A stretch of 64,000 nt of DNA from Gammaproteobacteria bacterium. Its GTDB lineage: Bacteria > Pseudomonadota > Gammaproteobacteria > Steroidobacterales > Foliamicaceae. A program made the translations under genes and the position numbers. The DNA is taken from NCBI GenBank assembly GCA_009845905.1, contig VXYS01000010.1, forward strand, positions 94,321-158,320, read 5' to 3'. This document shows, in pieces, positions 44,049 through 54,424 of the stretch. The notes below the pieces were generated by a model, which worked only from the letters and a program-made list of their open reading frames with translations, did no database searches and was not told where the DNA came from. Each line of letters opens with the position of its first letter. Position 1 is the first letter of the stretch.

Positions 44049-45058
44049 GACTTTTCCGTGGCGCCGTAGGCCTCGAGTATCTTCTTCACCAGGGCGTGAC
44101 GGACCACGTCGCGCGACGTGAAATAGACGGTCGCGATACCGGGGACGGACTTGAGTATCCTGAGCGCGTGGCGCATGCCGCTCTCGCGATCGGAGGGAAG
44201 ATCCACCTGCGTGATGTCTCCGGTGACAACCGCGCGCGAGTCGGCGCCGAACCGGGTCAGGAACATCTTCATTTGCTCGGGCGTGGTGTTCTGGCCTTCA
44301 TCCAGTATGACGAAGCTGCTGTTGAGCGATCGGCCGCGCATATAGGCCAGCGGCGCCACTTCGATCACGCCGCGTTCCAGCCAGCGGGCCACCCGTTCCG
44401 GCCCCAGCATCGCGTAGAGCGCGTCGTAAACCGGCCGCAGGTAGGGATCGACCTTGCTGGCCAGGTCGCCGGGCAGGAAGCCCAGCCGCTCGCCGGCCTC
44501 CACGGCCGGTCGCACCAGAACGATGCGCTGCACGTGTCCGGCGCTATGCGCTTCGAGTGCGCAAGCCACCGCCAGCCAGGTCTTGCCGGTCCCGGCGGGC
44601 CCGATACCGAAAGTCAGATCGCGCGAACGAATCTCCTTCACGTAGCGGCGCTGATTGGCGCCGCGGGGACGCACGCGGATCCGGGGCGTGACCACCACCG
44701 GCTGCGCGTCTTCGCCGCCGTCCCGGCCGCCGGACGAATCTCCTTCCGCGCCGCTGCCGTTGGCCGCCGGATCGCGGCCGGCGCCTTCGGCGCATTCCGC
44801 CAGGCAAGCCTGGATGCGGGCCGCGTCCAGCGATTCCTCCGCGGCCATGCGATACAGCTCGGTCAGCGCCAGGGCGCCGGCGCTGATGGCTTCCTTCGAG
44901 CCGCGCACGCGGAACCGGTTGCCCCGGCTTGATATCCGCACGTCCAGGCCCTGTTCGATCTGGCGCAGGTGCCTGTCGAATTCCCCGCACAGGTTCGCCA
45001 GCGCGCCATTGTCCGCGGGTCGGAGGACGACCTCCCTGGTGTGGGCCTGGCTATTCAG
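44045..45058 (-). CDS. ybeZ: PhoH-like ATPase (YbeZ)
   Basis: Walker A GPAGTGKTWLAVA. The first canonical start is the GTG at 44941, but YbeZ-like sequence (REVVLRPADNGALANLCGEFDRHLRQIEQGL) continues upstream in frame with no ATG/GTG/TTG. I infer a CTG start at 45058. Confidence 0.75.
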   Translation of the reverse strand: MNSQAHTREVVLRPADNGALANLCGEFDRHLRQIEQGLDVRISSRGNRFRVRGSKEAISAGALALTELYRMAAEESLDAARIQACLAECAEGAGRDPAANGSGAEGDSSGGRDGGEDAQPVVVTPRIRVRPRGANQRRYVKEIRSRDLTFGIGPAGTGKTWLAVACALEAHSAGHVQRIVLVRPAVEAGERLGFLPGDLASKVDPYLRPVYDALYAMLGPERVARWLERGVIEVAPLAYMRGRSLNSSFVILDEGQNTTPEQMKMFLTRFGADSRAVVTGDITQVDLPSDRESGMRHALRILKSVPGIATVYFTSRDVVRHALVKKILEAYGATEKS

Positions 45059-45072
45059 GGCGCGTGTAAGCC

Positions 45073-46413
45073 TCAGGCCGCAAGGGATTCCGGCAGCAGC
45101 CGGCCGCGCAGTGAATTCGGCAATGCTTCGGTAATCGCAACGTCAACAAATCGCCCGATCAGCGAGGGCGGTCCGTCAAAGTTTACCCAGCGATTGTTGC
45201 CTGTGCGACCCGCCAGCAGTCCTTCGCCGCGGCGGGCCGGACGCTCGACGAGAATCCGCTGTGAAGTGTTGACCATTTGCGCGGAAATCCGGCGCGCCCG
45301 GCCGGTGATCAATGCCTGCAGCCGCTGAAGCCGCCCGAGCTTGACGTCGTGCGGCACCTGTTCTTCCATGCGTTCGGCGGGCGTGCCCGGGCGTGGGCTG
45401 TACATGAAGCTGAAGGACTGGTCGAACCCGACGTCCTCGACCAGCGCCAGCGTTTCCGCGAATTCCGCATCGGTCTCGCCGGGGAAGCCCACGATGAAAT
45501 CGGAAGCCACGCTGATGCCGGGCCGGGCGCGCCGCAGGCGGGCGATCTTGTTCCGATACTCGTCCGCCGTATAGCCGCGCTTCATGCGGGCCAGCACGCT
45601 GTCCGAGCCGCTCTGCACCGGCAGGTGCAGGTAGGAAGGCAGCTTGTCGAAGCGGGCGTAGGCGTCGATCAGCCTGCCGTCGAATTCCATGGGGTGGGAG
45701 GTCGTGAAGCGGATCCTGCCGATGCCCTTCAGTTTCGACACGTAACGGATCAGCCCGGCGAGGTCCTCGAGTCCGCCCGACGGCGCGACTCCGCGATAGC
45801 CGTTGACGTTCTGGCCCAGCAGGTTGATTTCGCGCACGCCCTGGCGCTCCAGCTGGATCGCCTCGGCCAGTACGTCGGCCACCGGCCTGGAGATCTCCTC
45901 GCCGCGCGTGTACGGCACCACGCAAAACGAGCAGTACTTGCTGCAGCCCTCCATGATCGACAAATGGGCCACGGGCGACGCGGTCTTCGGCGCCGGCAAC
46001 TCTTCGAATTTTTCCTCGGCAGGGAAAGCGATATCCACGACCGGCCCGGAAGCGGCGGCCGACTGCCGAAGCAGGCCGGGAAGCCGGTGCAGCGTTTGCG
46101 GGCCGAAGATGATGTCCACGTAGGGCGCGCGCTTGCCTATGGCCTCGCCTTCCTGGCTTGCGACGCAGCCGCCCACGCCGATCTTCATTTCGGGCCGCTT
46201 GCGTTTGAGGGCCTTGTAGCGGCCAAGCTCGGAGAACAGTTTTTCCTGGGGCTTCTCGCGGACCGAGCAGGTGTTGATCAGCACGAGGTCGGCTTCCTCG
46301 GGTTTATCCGTGAGCGTGTAGCCGCGGCTCTCGCGCAGCACGTCCGCCATCCGCGCGGAGTCGTACTCGTTCATCTGGCACCCGAAGGTGCGTATGAAGA
46401 GTTTGCCGCTCAT
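45073..46413 (-). CDS. miaB: tRNA-2-methylthio-N6-dimethylallyladenosine synthase
   Basis: 446 aa. [15 protein letters not shown]. Radical-SAM motif [12 protein letters not shown]-terminal TRAM domain. Confidence 0.95.
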   Translation of the reverse strand: MSGKLFIRTFGCQMNEYDSARMADVLRESRGYTLTDKPEEADLVLINTCSVREKPQEKLFSELGRYKALKRKRPEMKIGVGGCVASQEGEAIGKRAPYVDIIFGPQTLHRLPGLLRQSAAASGPVVDIAFPAEEKFEELPAPKTASPVAHLSIMEGCSKYCSFCVVPYTRGEEISRPVADVLAEAIQLERQGVREINLLGQNVNGYRGVAPSGGLEDLAGLIRYVSKLKGIGRIRFTTSHPMEFDGRLIDAYARFDKLPSYLHLPVQSGSDSVLARMKRGYTADEYRNKIARLRRARPGISVASDFIVGFPGETDAEFAETLALVEDVGFDQSFSFMYSPRPGTPAERMEEQVPHDVKLGRLQRLQALITGRARRISAQMVNTSQRILVERPARRGEGLLAGRTGNNRWVNFDGPPSLIGRFVDVAITEALPNSLRGRLLPESLAA

Positions 46414-46420
46414 TGATCAC

Positions 46421-46528
46421 GCCCTTTCATTGCTCCCTTCTTCCGGGAGACGCATGAACCCCTCCATGGGGCTTTGTTCCGCCATCCCTGGCTCACAAAC
46501 TCCCGGAAGAAGGGAGCAATGAAAGGGC
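46421..46528. repeat. family-1 structured intergenic repeat, copy B
   Basis: Perfect 29-nt terminal inverted repeat GCCCTTTCATTGCTCCCTTCTTCCGGGAG / CTCCCGGAAGAAGGGAGCAATGAAAGGGC. The core ACGCATGAACCCCTCCATGGGGCTTTGTTCCGCCATCCCTGGCTCACAAA has the opposite orientation to copies D and E. Confidence 0.85.
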
Positions 46529-46563
46529 TCATGTTGTGCCCAATCCCAAAAGCAGGTGGGCCT

Positions 46564-47010
46564 TCAGAAGGGGACCTCGTCGTCCATCACGCCGGCGTCC
46601 GTGCTTCCCATACTGCTTCGCTGGGCGTTGCCGGACGGCTGCGGGGAGCGCCGCTGGTCGTAGTCGCCGTCGCCGCCGCGCCGGTCGAGGAACTGCATGT
46701 CATCGGCCACCACTTCGGTGCTGCGCCGTTCCTGTCCCTCGCGGTCCTGCCAGGAGCGCGTGCGCAAACGCCCCTCCACGTAGATCCGCGAACCCTTCTG
46801 CAGGTACTGTTGCGCCAGTTCGGCGCGGCGGCCGAAAAGCACCACGTTGTGCCACTCCGTATGCTCCTGGACCTGGCCGGTGTCCCGCCGGGTCCATCGC
46901 TCGTTCGTGGCGATCCGGATGTTCGCCACCGGGTTTCCGTTCGTCATCTGGCGGACTTCCACATCGTGCCCCAGGTTGCCGACCAGTATTACCTTGTTTA
47001 CGCCGCGCAT
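46564..47010 (-). CDS. ssb: single-stranded DNA-binding protein
   Basis: 148 aa. OB-fold N-terminus [17 protein letters not shown]. Gly/Gln-rich linker. Acidic tip DDEVPF. Confidence 0.95.
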   Translation of the reverse strand: MRGVNKVILVGNLGHDVEVRQMTNGNPVANIRIATNERWTRRDTGQVQEHTEWHNVVLFGRRAELAQQYLQKGSRIYVEGRLRTRSWQDREGQERRSTEVVADDMQFLDRRGGDGDYDQRRSPQPSGNAQRSSMGSTDAGVMDDEVPF

Positions 47011-47236
47011 TTCTCACTCTCCCAAATGGTTCCGCACTTCTCTGCGCGGAATTGAACTATTGTGCCATTACTCGCCGGATACCCAACGGCGAACGCGCCC
47101 GAAATTTACCGCGCATTTGAAGAAAAATGCCGCCGCGGACGCGAATGCGTCAAACGCGTCGCCTTTGCCTCAAGTTTTGCCATTCAACCCGCGGGTTTCG
47201 CCGCGCGGCCGGACAGGGTTATATTGGTGGGCTGCC

Positions 47237-50092
47237 ATGAGTGACATCCGCATCCGTTCGGCGCGCACGCACAACCTCAAGGGGATCGACCTGTCGCTGC
47301 CGCGCGATCGACTGATCGTGATTACCGGGCTGTCCGGATCCGGCAAGTCCTCGCTCGCATTCGACACGATTTACGCCGAGGGCCAGCGGCGCTACGTGGA
47401 ATCCCTGTCGGCCTACGCCCGGCAGTTCCTGAGCGTCATGAGCAAGCCCGACGTGGACCACATCGAGGGACTTTCGCCGGCTATAGCGATCGAACAGCGC
47501 TCGGCCTCCCACAACCCGCGCTCGACCGTGGCGACGGTCACGGAGATCTACGACTACATGCGCCTGTTGTTCGCGCGCGCCGGCGTGCCGCGCTGTCCGG
47601 TGCACAAGCGCGAACTGGCCGCGCAAACCATCAGCGAAATGGTCGATGAAGTGCTGCGGCTCCCGGAGGGCACGGCCATCAACCTGATGGCGCCGGTGGT
47701 GCGCAACCGCAAGGGCGAACACCGCAAGCTGTTTGCCGATCTCGTGGCGCGCGGCTTCGTTCGCGCCCGCGTCGACGGAGCCGTGTGCGAGATGGACGAT
47801 CCGCCGGAGCTCGATCTCAGGCGCAACCACACGATCGAGGTGGTCGTGGACCGGCTGCGGGTGCGCGAGGAATTGCGCCAGCGGCTGGCCGAGTCCTTCG
47901 AGACCGCCCTGACCCTGACCGGCGGGGTCGCCCTGGTCGGCTTCATCGACGATGGCGCGCGGGCGGACGTCCTGTTCTCCAGCCGCTTCGCCTGTCCGAT
48001 GTGCGACTTCGCCATTCCTGAAATGGAGCCCAGGCTCTTTTCGTTCAACAATCCCGCCGGCGCATGCGAGTCCTGCGCCGGCCTGGGCTCCAAGCGGTTC
48101 TTCGATCCGGAAAGGGTCGTCCGTCCCCAACTCAGCCTTGCCGGCGGCGCCGTGCGCAACTGGGACCGTCGCAACTCCTGGTACTACTCCATCCTGGAAA
48201 GCCTGGCGCGGCACTACGGGTTTGACCCGGAGATGCCTTTCGAATCGCTTCCCGCGAAGATCCGCCAGATCGTGCTCTACGGCAGCGGGCGAACGCGCAT
48301 CAAGTTCACCTTCCGCTTCCAGACCGGCCGCCGGTTCACCCGCACGCGGCCGTTCGAGGGCGTCCTTCCCAACATGGAGCGGCGCTACCGCGAAACCGAA
48401 TCGGCGCGGGTGCGCGAGGAACTGTCCCGCTACCTGGGCTCCACGCCCTGCCCGGACTGCGGCGGCGCGCGCTTGAACGAGGCGGCCCGCAACGTGCTCG
48501 TATCCGAGCGCTCGATCGCCGAGGTGAGCGCGATGAGCGTCGAGGCGGCGCTCAAGTTCTTCACCACCCTGCGCCTGAAGGGCTGGCGGCAGGAAATCGC
48601 CGAGCGCATCGTACGGGAACTGTCGGAACGACTGCGGTTCATGGCCGACGTGGGCCTCGGCTACCTGAACCTGGACCGCCGCGCCGAGACCCTTTCCGGA
48701 GGCGAAGCCCAGCGCATACGGCTGGCGAGTCAGATCGGCTCGGGGCTGGTGGGCGTCATGTACGTGCTGGACGAACCCAGCATCGGCCTGCACCAGCGCG
48801 ACAACAAGCGCCTGCTGGCCACGCTGGCGAGGCTGCGCGATCTGGGCAACACGGTCCTGATGGTCGAACACGATGAGGAGGCCATCTGCAGCGCCGATCA
48901 CGTCGTGGACCTGGGGCCGGGGGCCGGCGACCACGGAGGCCAGGTTGTGGCGGAAGGCCCGCCCGAGGCGATCAAGCGGGAAACGGCGTCGCTGACCGGG
49001 CAATATTTGAGCGGCGTACGCAGCATTCCCGTTCCCGCCCTGCGTCAACCGCCCCAGGCGGACCGCGAACTGAGAATCGAGGGCGCCTGCGCGAACAACC
49101 TGAGGGAACTGGACGTGACGCTGCCGCTGGGCCTGATGACATGCGTCACGGGCGTGTCCGGTTCCGGCAAGTCCTCGCTGGTCAACGAAACGCTGCTGCC
49201 CGGCGTCACCGCGGCGATCGAACGCAAACCCTGTCCGGGCGCCAAATTTCGGGCGATGCGAGGGACCGAACGCCTGGACCGTGTCATCGAGATCAGCCAG
49301 GACCCGATCGGGCGCACGCCGCGCTCCAACCCCGCAACCTACACGGGCGTTTTCACGCCGATCCGCGAAATGTTCGCGCTGACGCCCGAGGCGCGGGCGC
49401 GCGGCTACAAGCCCGGCCGTTTCAGCTTCAACGTCAAGGGCGGACGCTGCGAAGCCTGCCAGGGCGGCGGGCTGATCAAGGTCGAAATGCACTTCCTGCC
49501 GGACGTCTATGTGCCTTGCGACGTGTGCGAGGGGCGGCGCTACGGGCGCGAGGCGCTGGAGATCCGCTACCGCGGCCTGAATATCCATGAAGTGCTGGAA
49601 CTCAGTGTGGAACAGGCGGCCGAGGTGTTCGCCAACGTGCCCAAGGTGGCGCAAAAGCTGGCTACGCTGCTGGACGTGGGGCTGGGCTACATCCGGCTGG
49701 GCCAGAGCGCCACGACGCTGTCCGGCGGCGAAGCGCAGCGCGTGAAGCTGTCCCGCGAACTGGCCAAGCGCTCGACCGGGCGCACGCTCTACGTGCTCGA
49801 CGAGCCCACCACCGGACTGCACTTCCACGACGTCTCGCAACTCCTGACCGTGCTGCACAGGCTGCGCGACGGCGGCAATACGGTCGTCGTGATCGAGCAC
49901 AACCTGGACGTCATCAAGACCGCCGACTGGATCATCGACCTGGGGCCGGAAGGCGGAGAAGCGGGCGGCGATTTACTGGCGGCGGGGCCGCCTGAAGACG
50001 TGGCGCGCGTCAAGCGGTCTCACACCGGCCGCTACCTCGCCGGAATGCTCCGCCGCCAGCCAGCCGGGTTGCGTCAGAAGAGCGCCGCCTGA
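47237..50092 (+). CDS. uvrA: excinuclease ABC subunit A
   Basis: Start at [17 protein letters not shown]. Two ABC modules ([33 protein letters not shown]). Zinc-finger cysteines. The longer ORF from 46847 is rejected. Confidence 0.95.
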   Translation: MSDIRIRSARTHNLKGIDLSLPRDRLIVITGLSGSGKSSLAFDTIYAEGQRRYVESLSAYARQFLSVMSKPDVDHIEGLSPAIAIEQRSASHNPRSTVATVTEIYDYMRLLFARAGVPRCPVHKRELAAQTISEMVDEVLRLPEGTAINLMAPVVRNRKGEHRKLFADLVARGFVRARVDGAVCEMDDPPELDLRRNHTIEVVVDRLRVREELRQRLAESFETALTLTGGVALVGFIDDGARADVLFSSRFACPMCDFAIPEMEPRLFSFNNPAGACESCAGLGSKRFFDPERVVRPQLSLAGGAVRNWDRRNSWYYSILESLARHYGFDPEMPFESLPAKIRQIVLYGSGRTRIKFTFRFQTGRRFTRTRPFEGVLPNMERRYRETESARVREELSRYLGSTPCPDCGGARLNEAARNVLVSERSIAEVSAMSVEAALKFFTTLRLKGWRQEIAERIVRELSERLRFMADVGLGYLNLDRRAETLSGGEAQRIRLASQIGSGLVGVMYVLDEPSIGLHQRDNKRLLATLARLRDLGNTVLMVEHDEEAICSADHVVDLGPGAGDHGGQVVAEGPPEAIKRETASLTGQYLSGVRSIPVPALRQPPQADRELRIEGACANNLRELDVTLPLGLMTCVTGVSGSGKSSLVNETLLPGVTAAIERKPCPGAKFRAMRGTERLDRVIEISQDPIGRTPRSNPATYTGVFTPIREMFALTPEARARGYKPGRFSFNVKGGRCEACQGGGLIKVEMHFLPDVYVPCDVCEGRRYGREALEIRYRGLNIHEVLELSVEQAAEVFANVPKVAQKLATLLDVGLGYIRLGQSATTLSGGEAQRVKLSRELAKRSTGRTLYVLDEPTTGLHFHDVSQLLTVLHRLRDGGNTVVVIEHNLDVIKTADWIIDLGPEGGEAGGDLLAAGPPEDVARVKRSHTGRYLAGMLRRQPAGLRQKSAA

Positions 50093-50111
50093 CCGGCTGT
50101 TGCCGGCCCTC

Positions 50112-50209
50112 GCCCGTTATTCACCCACCTCTGTTGAGAGGCGCCATCCCTGGCTCGGTTCCGCCATCCTGGCTCCAACGCTCTCCACAGAGGTGGGTGA
50201 AAAACGGGC
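50112..50209. repeat. family-1 structured intergenic repeat, copy C
   Basis: 23-nt terminal inverted repeat (one mismatch): GCCCGTTATTCACCCACCTCTGT / ACAGAGGTGGGTGAAAAACGGGC. Clamp GAGAG/CTCTC. The core carries CGCCATCCCTGGCT and CGCCATCCTGGCT. Lies between convergent genes. Confidence 0.85.
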
Positions 50210-50229
50210 TTAACGTCTATTCGCTCGGG

Positions 50230-51264
50230 TCAGGTCCACTGCGGGGGGGCGGGGGAATTGCCGCCGCGGACGACGAAGGCTTCCGCGGGGTCGGCGTTCG
50301 GGTTTTCGATCGTGCGTGCGAGGTCGATGGGGATAGTGAGTACGTCGCCCGGGGCGAGGTCCAGGGACTCGCGGCCCCAGGTGATGCGGAGGTGGCCTTC
50401 GTGGACGGTCCACACTTCCTCTTCCGCGCGCGAGTGCGCCGGCAAGCAGGCGCCCGGAGCGAAATTGAGGCGGCGCAGGTGGAAGCCGTGTTCCCAGGCG
50501 AGTGGGGCTTGCGACACGCCCTCTTCCCTATTGTCCTGACCGATGATGGGTTCCTCCGTTACGCGGCCGCGGGACGCGTTTTGGGCCAGGACCGAATCGG
50601 CGGACCCGTTTGTATCGCGATAGCGCGACACGCATGACTCCAGGGCGGCGCTGTCCAGGCGCGTCAGTTCGGCGACCTGCGCTGCGGTTGTCGCCGGCAT
50701 GACCGGTTCGTCGTCGGGGATGGCCTCGCCGGCTTCAGTGTCGATCAATCGTCCGCTTTCCAGCAGAACGAGGCCGTACCTGCGCGCGTCGTCGAAGACG
50801 TACGGGGCCCAGGTCACGCGGCCCGGATCGTCGCCGCCCAGCGCGGCAAACATGAATCCCTCGCCGCTGCCGACGTTCTCGAATCCGCGGAACACGTGAA
50901 TCGGAATGGAGATAGTGTCGCCGCGTTCGAGGACGACCTCACCGTCTTCGCCGTGTTCGCCGGTCATGAAGCGCCAGCGGCCCGAGTGGATCCAGAAGAC
51001 CTCGGCGGTCTCGTGGCTGTGCTGGGAGTTCACGCATCCGGGCGGCTGGCGCGCCGCGCCGATATTGAAGCCGTGCGGCTCGCGTATGTGCACGTGCTGG
51101 TCCGGGTTCTCGGCGACGCCCGGGCCGATGATCGTGAAGTTCTCCTTCGACTCGCTGCCCGGCGTGCGGGTGTCGATAAACGCGGTGCGACAGGGCACCA
51201 GCTCGCCGTAACGGACGAGCCGCGCCCGCATCTGTTTCCGTGTGACCTGACTGGCTTTCGGCAT
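50230..51264 (-). CDS. bicupin protein (possible metal-dependent dioxygenase)
   Basis: 344 aa. The first cupin has a full metal motif (NSQHSHETAEVFWIHSG). The second cupin is partial (PAHSRAEEEVWTVHEG). RBS GGGGAGG. Confidence 0.7.
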   Translation of the reverse strand: MPKASQVTRKQMRARLVRYGELVPCRTAFIDTRTPGSESKENFTIIGPGVAENPDQHVHIREPHGFNIGAARQPPGCVNSQHSHETAEVFWIHSGRWRFMTGEHGEDGEVVLERGDTISIPIHVFRGFENVGSGEGFMFAALGGDDPGRVTWAPYVFDDARRYGLVLLESGRLIDTEAGEAIPDDEPVMPATTAAQVAELTRLDSAALESCVSRYRDTNGSADSVLAQNASRGRVTEEPIIGQDNREEGVSQAPLAWEHGFHLRRLNFAPGACLPAHSRAEEEVWTVHEGHLRITWGRESLDLAPGDVLTIPIDLARTIENPNADPAEAFVVRGGNSPAPPQWT

Positions 51265-51303
51265 TCCGCCTCCCCGAATTGAGCGCGGCTAATATACTAG
51301 CCA

Positions 51304-53028
51304 ATGTCCATCCGGATCGCAGCATCGCTGGTCGTCGCTTGTGCCACCGCGACCCTGCTGGTCTCCTGTGGCGGCGGCGGCGGTTCGGAATCGCCGCAGC
51401 CACCAGCCTTCCAGTCGCCCGCCAGTCCGCCGCCGGGCTCCGGCACGCCGTCTGCACCCGCGGTTTTCGGGTTGCAAGACGCCTCCCGGCTGGCGAGCCG
51501 GGCGACCTTCGGCATGCCCTACGAGGAAATCCTGAGAATCTCGGGGATGGGGGCGGAGTCATGGCTGGACGAACAGTTGACCCTGCCCTATTCCTCGCAT
51601 GAGGAGTTTGCCGACCTGTTGCTGGGGAAACTGCGGCGCGGCGAGATCACCACTGAAGGGCCGAATATCGCGCTGATCATCAGTTTCTGGCGCGGAGCCT
51701 GGTGGAACCGGGCCATGACCGCGCCGGACCAGGTGCAGCAGCGCGTCGCATTCGCACTCAGCGAAATCTTCGTCATCTCCGCACTCGGCACCCTGGCCGC
51801 AAACCCGCCCGCGATCACGGTCTACAACGACCTGTTGCTGAAGGGAACGACCGGCAACTTCCGCGACCTGCTCTACGACATTGCCCTGAGTCCGGCAATG
51901 GGCTTCTATCTGAGCCACGTCAACAATCGCAGAAGCGACCCCGCAAACAACGTGTTTCCGGACCAGAACTTCGCGCGTGAAGTCATGCAGCTCTTCTCGA
52001 TCGGACTCTACGAACTGAACGAGGACGGAAGCGCTCGCCTGGACGGTCGGGGGCAGCTCATGCCGACCTACGGCAACGACGACATACGCGAGTATGCAAA
52101 GGTGTTCACGGGCCTGTCCTACGACGGCCCCAACGCCTATTTCGGCAAGCGCCGGCCGGAATACGGCAACTTCCGCATCCCGATGCGGATGTTCGAATCC
52201 GAGCATGAACCGGGATCCAAGAGGCTGCTGAACGGACGGATGGTTCAGGACGGTGGTTCCGGCCTGGACGAGGTGCGCCAGGCCATCGACAGCCTGTTCG
52301 AGCATCCCAATGTGGGCCCGTTCATCGGGCGGCAACTGATCCAGCGGCTGGTGACGTCCAATCCTTCGCCGGAATACGTCGGGCGGGTCGCGCGGGCCTT
52401 CAACGGCGACACCACCGGCGTTCGCGGCGACATGAAGGCCGTCATCAGGGCGATCCTGCTGGACCACGAAGCCTGGGACCCGCCGAACCCGGAGCACGCC
52501 GGCAAATTGCGCGAGCCGGTGCTAAGAATGACGGCGCTGGCCCGCCAGTTCAATGCGCAGTCCGCCGACGGCCTGTTCTTCAATAACGGCTACCGCCTGT
52601 ATAACTACTCGAATCAGCACCCGTTCAACGCGCCCAGCGTCTTCAATTTCTTCTCGCCCGACCACTCGCCGGCCGGCGAACTTGCCCGCAACGATCTGGT
52701 CGCTCCGGAAATGCAGATCACCACGGCAAACACGATTGTCGGCATGTCCAACATGCTGTTTGTCGGCGCGTTCGTGGACGGCGACCTGTTCTCCCAGGCG
52801 GACACGTACAGTAAGACCTACCTCGACATCTCGGACTACGTGGAGATCGCCGACGACGTGGACGCCCTCATCGACCGGCTGGACCTGGTCATGACCTACG
52901 GCCGCCTGGATGAACCGACGCGGCAGGCGATCAAGCGCAATGTCGAGTTGATAGGCGATCCGGTGCAACGGGTCAGGACTGCGATCCACCTGTTCTCGAT
53001 CTCGCCGGCCTACGCGGTCGAGGACTAG
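51304..53028 (+). CDS. DUF1800-like lipoprotein
   Basis: 574 aa. Lipobox LLVSCGG. Immediately followed by a DUF1501-like gene, which is the usual pairing. Family call is from memory. Confidence 0.7.
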   Translation: MSIRIAASLVVACATATLLVSCGGGGGSESPQPPAFQSPASPPPGSGTPSAPAVFGLQDASRLASRATFGMPYEEILRISGMGAESWLDEQLTLPYSSHEEFADLLLGKLRRGEITTEGPNIALIISFWRGAWWNRAMTAPDQVQQRVAFALSEIFVISALGTLAANPPAITVYNDLLLKGTTGNFRDLLYDIALSPAMGFYLSHVNNRRSDPANNVFPDQNFAREVMQLFSIGLYELNEDGSARLDGRGQLMPTYGNDDIREYAKVFTGLSYDGPNAYFGKRRPEYGNFRIPMRMFESEHEPGSKRLLNGRMVQDGGSGLDEVRQAIDSLFEHPNVGPFIGRQLIQRLVTSNPSPEYVGRVARAFNGDTTGVRGDMKAVIRAILLDHEAWDPPNPEHAGKLREPVLRMTALARQFNAQSADGLFFNNGYRLYNYSNQHPFNAPSVFNFFSPDHSPAGELARNDLVAPEMQITTANTIVGMSNMLFVGAFVDGDLFSQADTYSKTYLDISDYVEIADDVDALIDRLDLVMTYGRLDEPTRQAIKRNVELIGDPVQRVRTAIHLFSISPAYAVED

Positions 53029-53030
53029 CC

Positions 53031-54395
53031 ATGCTCACCCGCCGGAAATTCGTCACCCACAGTTGCGGCCTTGGCGTTGCGGGCGCCACGATCGGAACGA
53101 CCCTGCTCTCGCTGGCGCAGGCGCGTCAGATCGCATCGGCGGATGACGGCGGATACCGGGCGCTGGTCTGCATCATGCTCGGCGGCGGCAACGACAGCTA
53201 CAACATGCTGGTCCCGTACGACTCGGAGCAATACGCCGTCTACCGGAAACTCAGGTCCGATCTGGCGCTCGACCACGGCAGCCTTCTGCCGCTGCCGCCC
53301 GACCCGCTGGGCCGAACCTACGGGCTCCACCCGGGGATGTCCGAGGTCCATGACCTGTACCTGACCGGCGACCTCGCGATCCTCAATAACGTCGGCACGC
53401 TGCTGGAGCCGATCGACCCGGTGGCGCTGGAAAACGGCGTGGCGCGCGTGCCCCTGGGCCTGTATTCGCATTCCGACCAGCAGAGGCAGTGGCAGACCGG
53501 CGTATCGAACAGCCGCAGCACCAGTGACGGGTGGCTCGGGCGCACTGCGGACATTCAGGGGCCGAACCTCGCGAACGGCATCGCCCGGAACATTTCGCTT
53601 GGCGGCACCAACGTCCTGCAGAGCGGATCGGTCGCGGTGCCCTACAGCATCAGCGGCCATGACGACGGAGCACCCGGCGTATTCGGATACGACAACAATC
53701 CGTATATCCGCGACAGGATCGACGACCTGTTCGCGCCGGATCACGACAACCTGATCCGGAGCGAGTACGCCCGCCGAATGCGCCGGGCAATCGAAAACCA
53801 GGGTACGTTCGTCGACGCCATACAGCAGTCGCCTTCAATAGAGACGGAATTCGCGGAGGACTATTTCTCGCAAGCGCTCAGGCAGATCGCCAGGGTGATC
53901 GGGGCGCGCGACGCGTTCGGGGCCAACAGGCAGACTTTCTATGCCGTATTCGGTGGCTGGGACCACCACGACGAGGTCCTGGAAAACCAGGCCGGGATGC
54001 TGCCTGTCGTGAGCAAGGGCCTGAAGTCGTTCCACGATGCGTTGCTCGAACTCGGCGTTCTCGATAACGTGACCACCTTTACGGTTTCCGATTTCGGTCG
54101 CACGCTCACCTCCAACGGCAAGGGTTCCGACCATGGCTGGGGCGGTCATCACCTGATCATGGGCGGAGCCGTCAACGGCGGAAAAATGTATGGTGTTTAC
54201 CCCACTCTGGCGGAGAACAGCCCCATGGATACGGGACGGGGCGTGTATTTCCCGACCACCAGCACCGACGAATATTTCGCGGACCTCGCGCTCTGGTACG
54301 GCGTTTCGCCCGGTGACCTCGACCTGGTTCTCCCTAACATCAGGGAGTTCCATTCGCCCGGGTCCGGCGAGGCTCCGCTGGGTATGATGACGTGA
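53031..54395 (+). CDS. DUF1501-like TAT-exported protein (sulfatase/phosphatase-like fold)
   Basis: 454 aa. Twin-arginine signal LTRRKFVTHSCGLGVAGA. C-terminal GSDHGWGGHHLIMGG pattern. Confidence 0.75.
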   Translation: MLTRRKFVTHSCGLGVAGATIGTTLLSLAQARQIASADDGGYRALVCIMLGGGNDSYNMLVPYDSEQYAVYRKLRSDLALDHGSLLPLPPDPLGRTYGLHPGMSEVHDLYLTGDLAILNNVGTLLEPIDPVALENGVARVPLGLYSHSDQQRQWQTGVSNSRSTSDGWLGRTADIQGPNLANGIARNISLGGTNVLQSGSVAVPYSISGHDDGAPGVFGYDNNPYIRDRIDDLFAPDHDNLIRSEYARRMRRAIENQGTFVDAIQQSPSIETEFAEDYFSQALRQIARVIGARDAFGANRQTFYAVFGGWDHHDEVLENQAGMLPVVSKGLKSFHDALLELGVLDNVTTFTVSDFGRTLTSNGKGSDHGWGGHHLIMGGAVNGGKMYGVYPTLAENSPMDTGRGVYFPTTSTDEYFADLALWYGVSPGDLDLVLPNIREFHSPGSGEAPLGMMT

Positions 54396-54424
54396 CCGCG
54401 CCGGGCCCGGGGAGGGAGCCCGCC

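Noticed and set aside
47011-47236. Looked for a LexA/SOS box (CTGT-N8-ACAG type) in the ssb-uvrA divergent region
   Set aside because: I found no convincing match by eye. The only palindrome, GACGCgaatGCGTC, does not resemble known LexA sites, so I make no call.
47219-49900. 893-aa ORF on the minus strand
   Set aside because: It lies antisense to uvrA, whose identity is unambiguous. No recognisable motifs. High-GC artefact.
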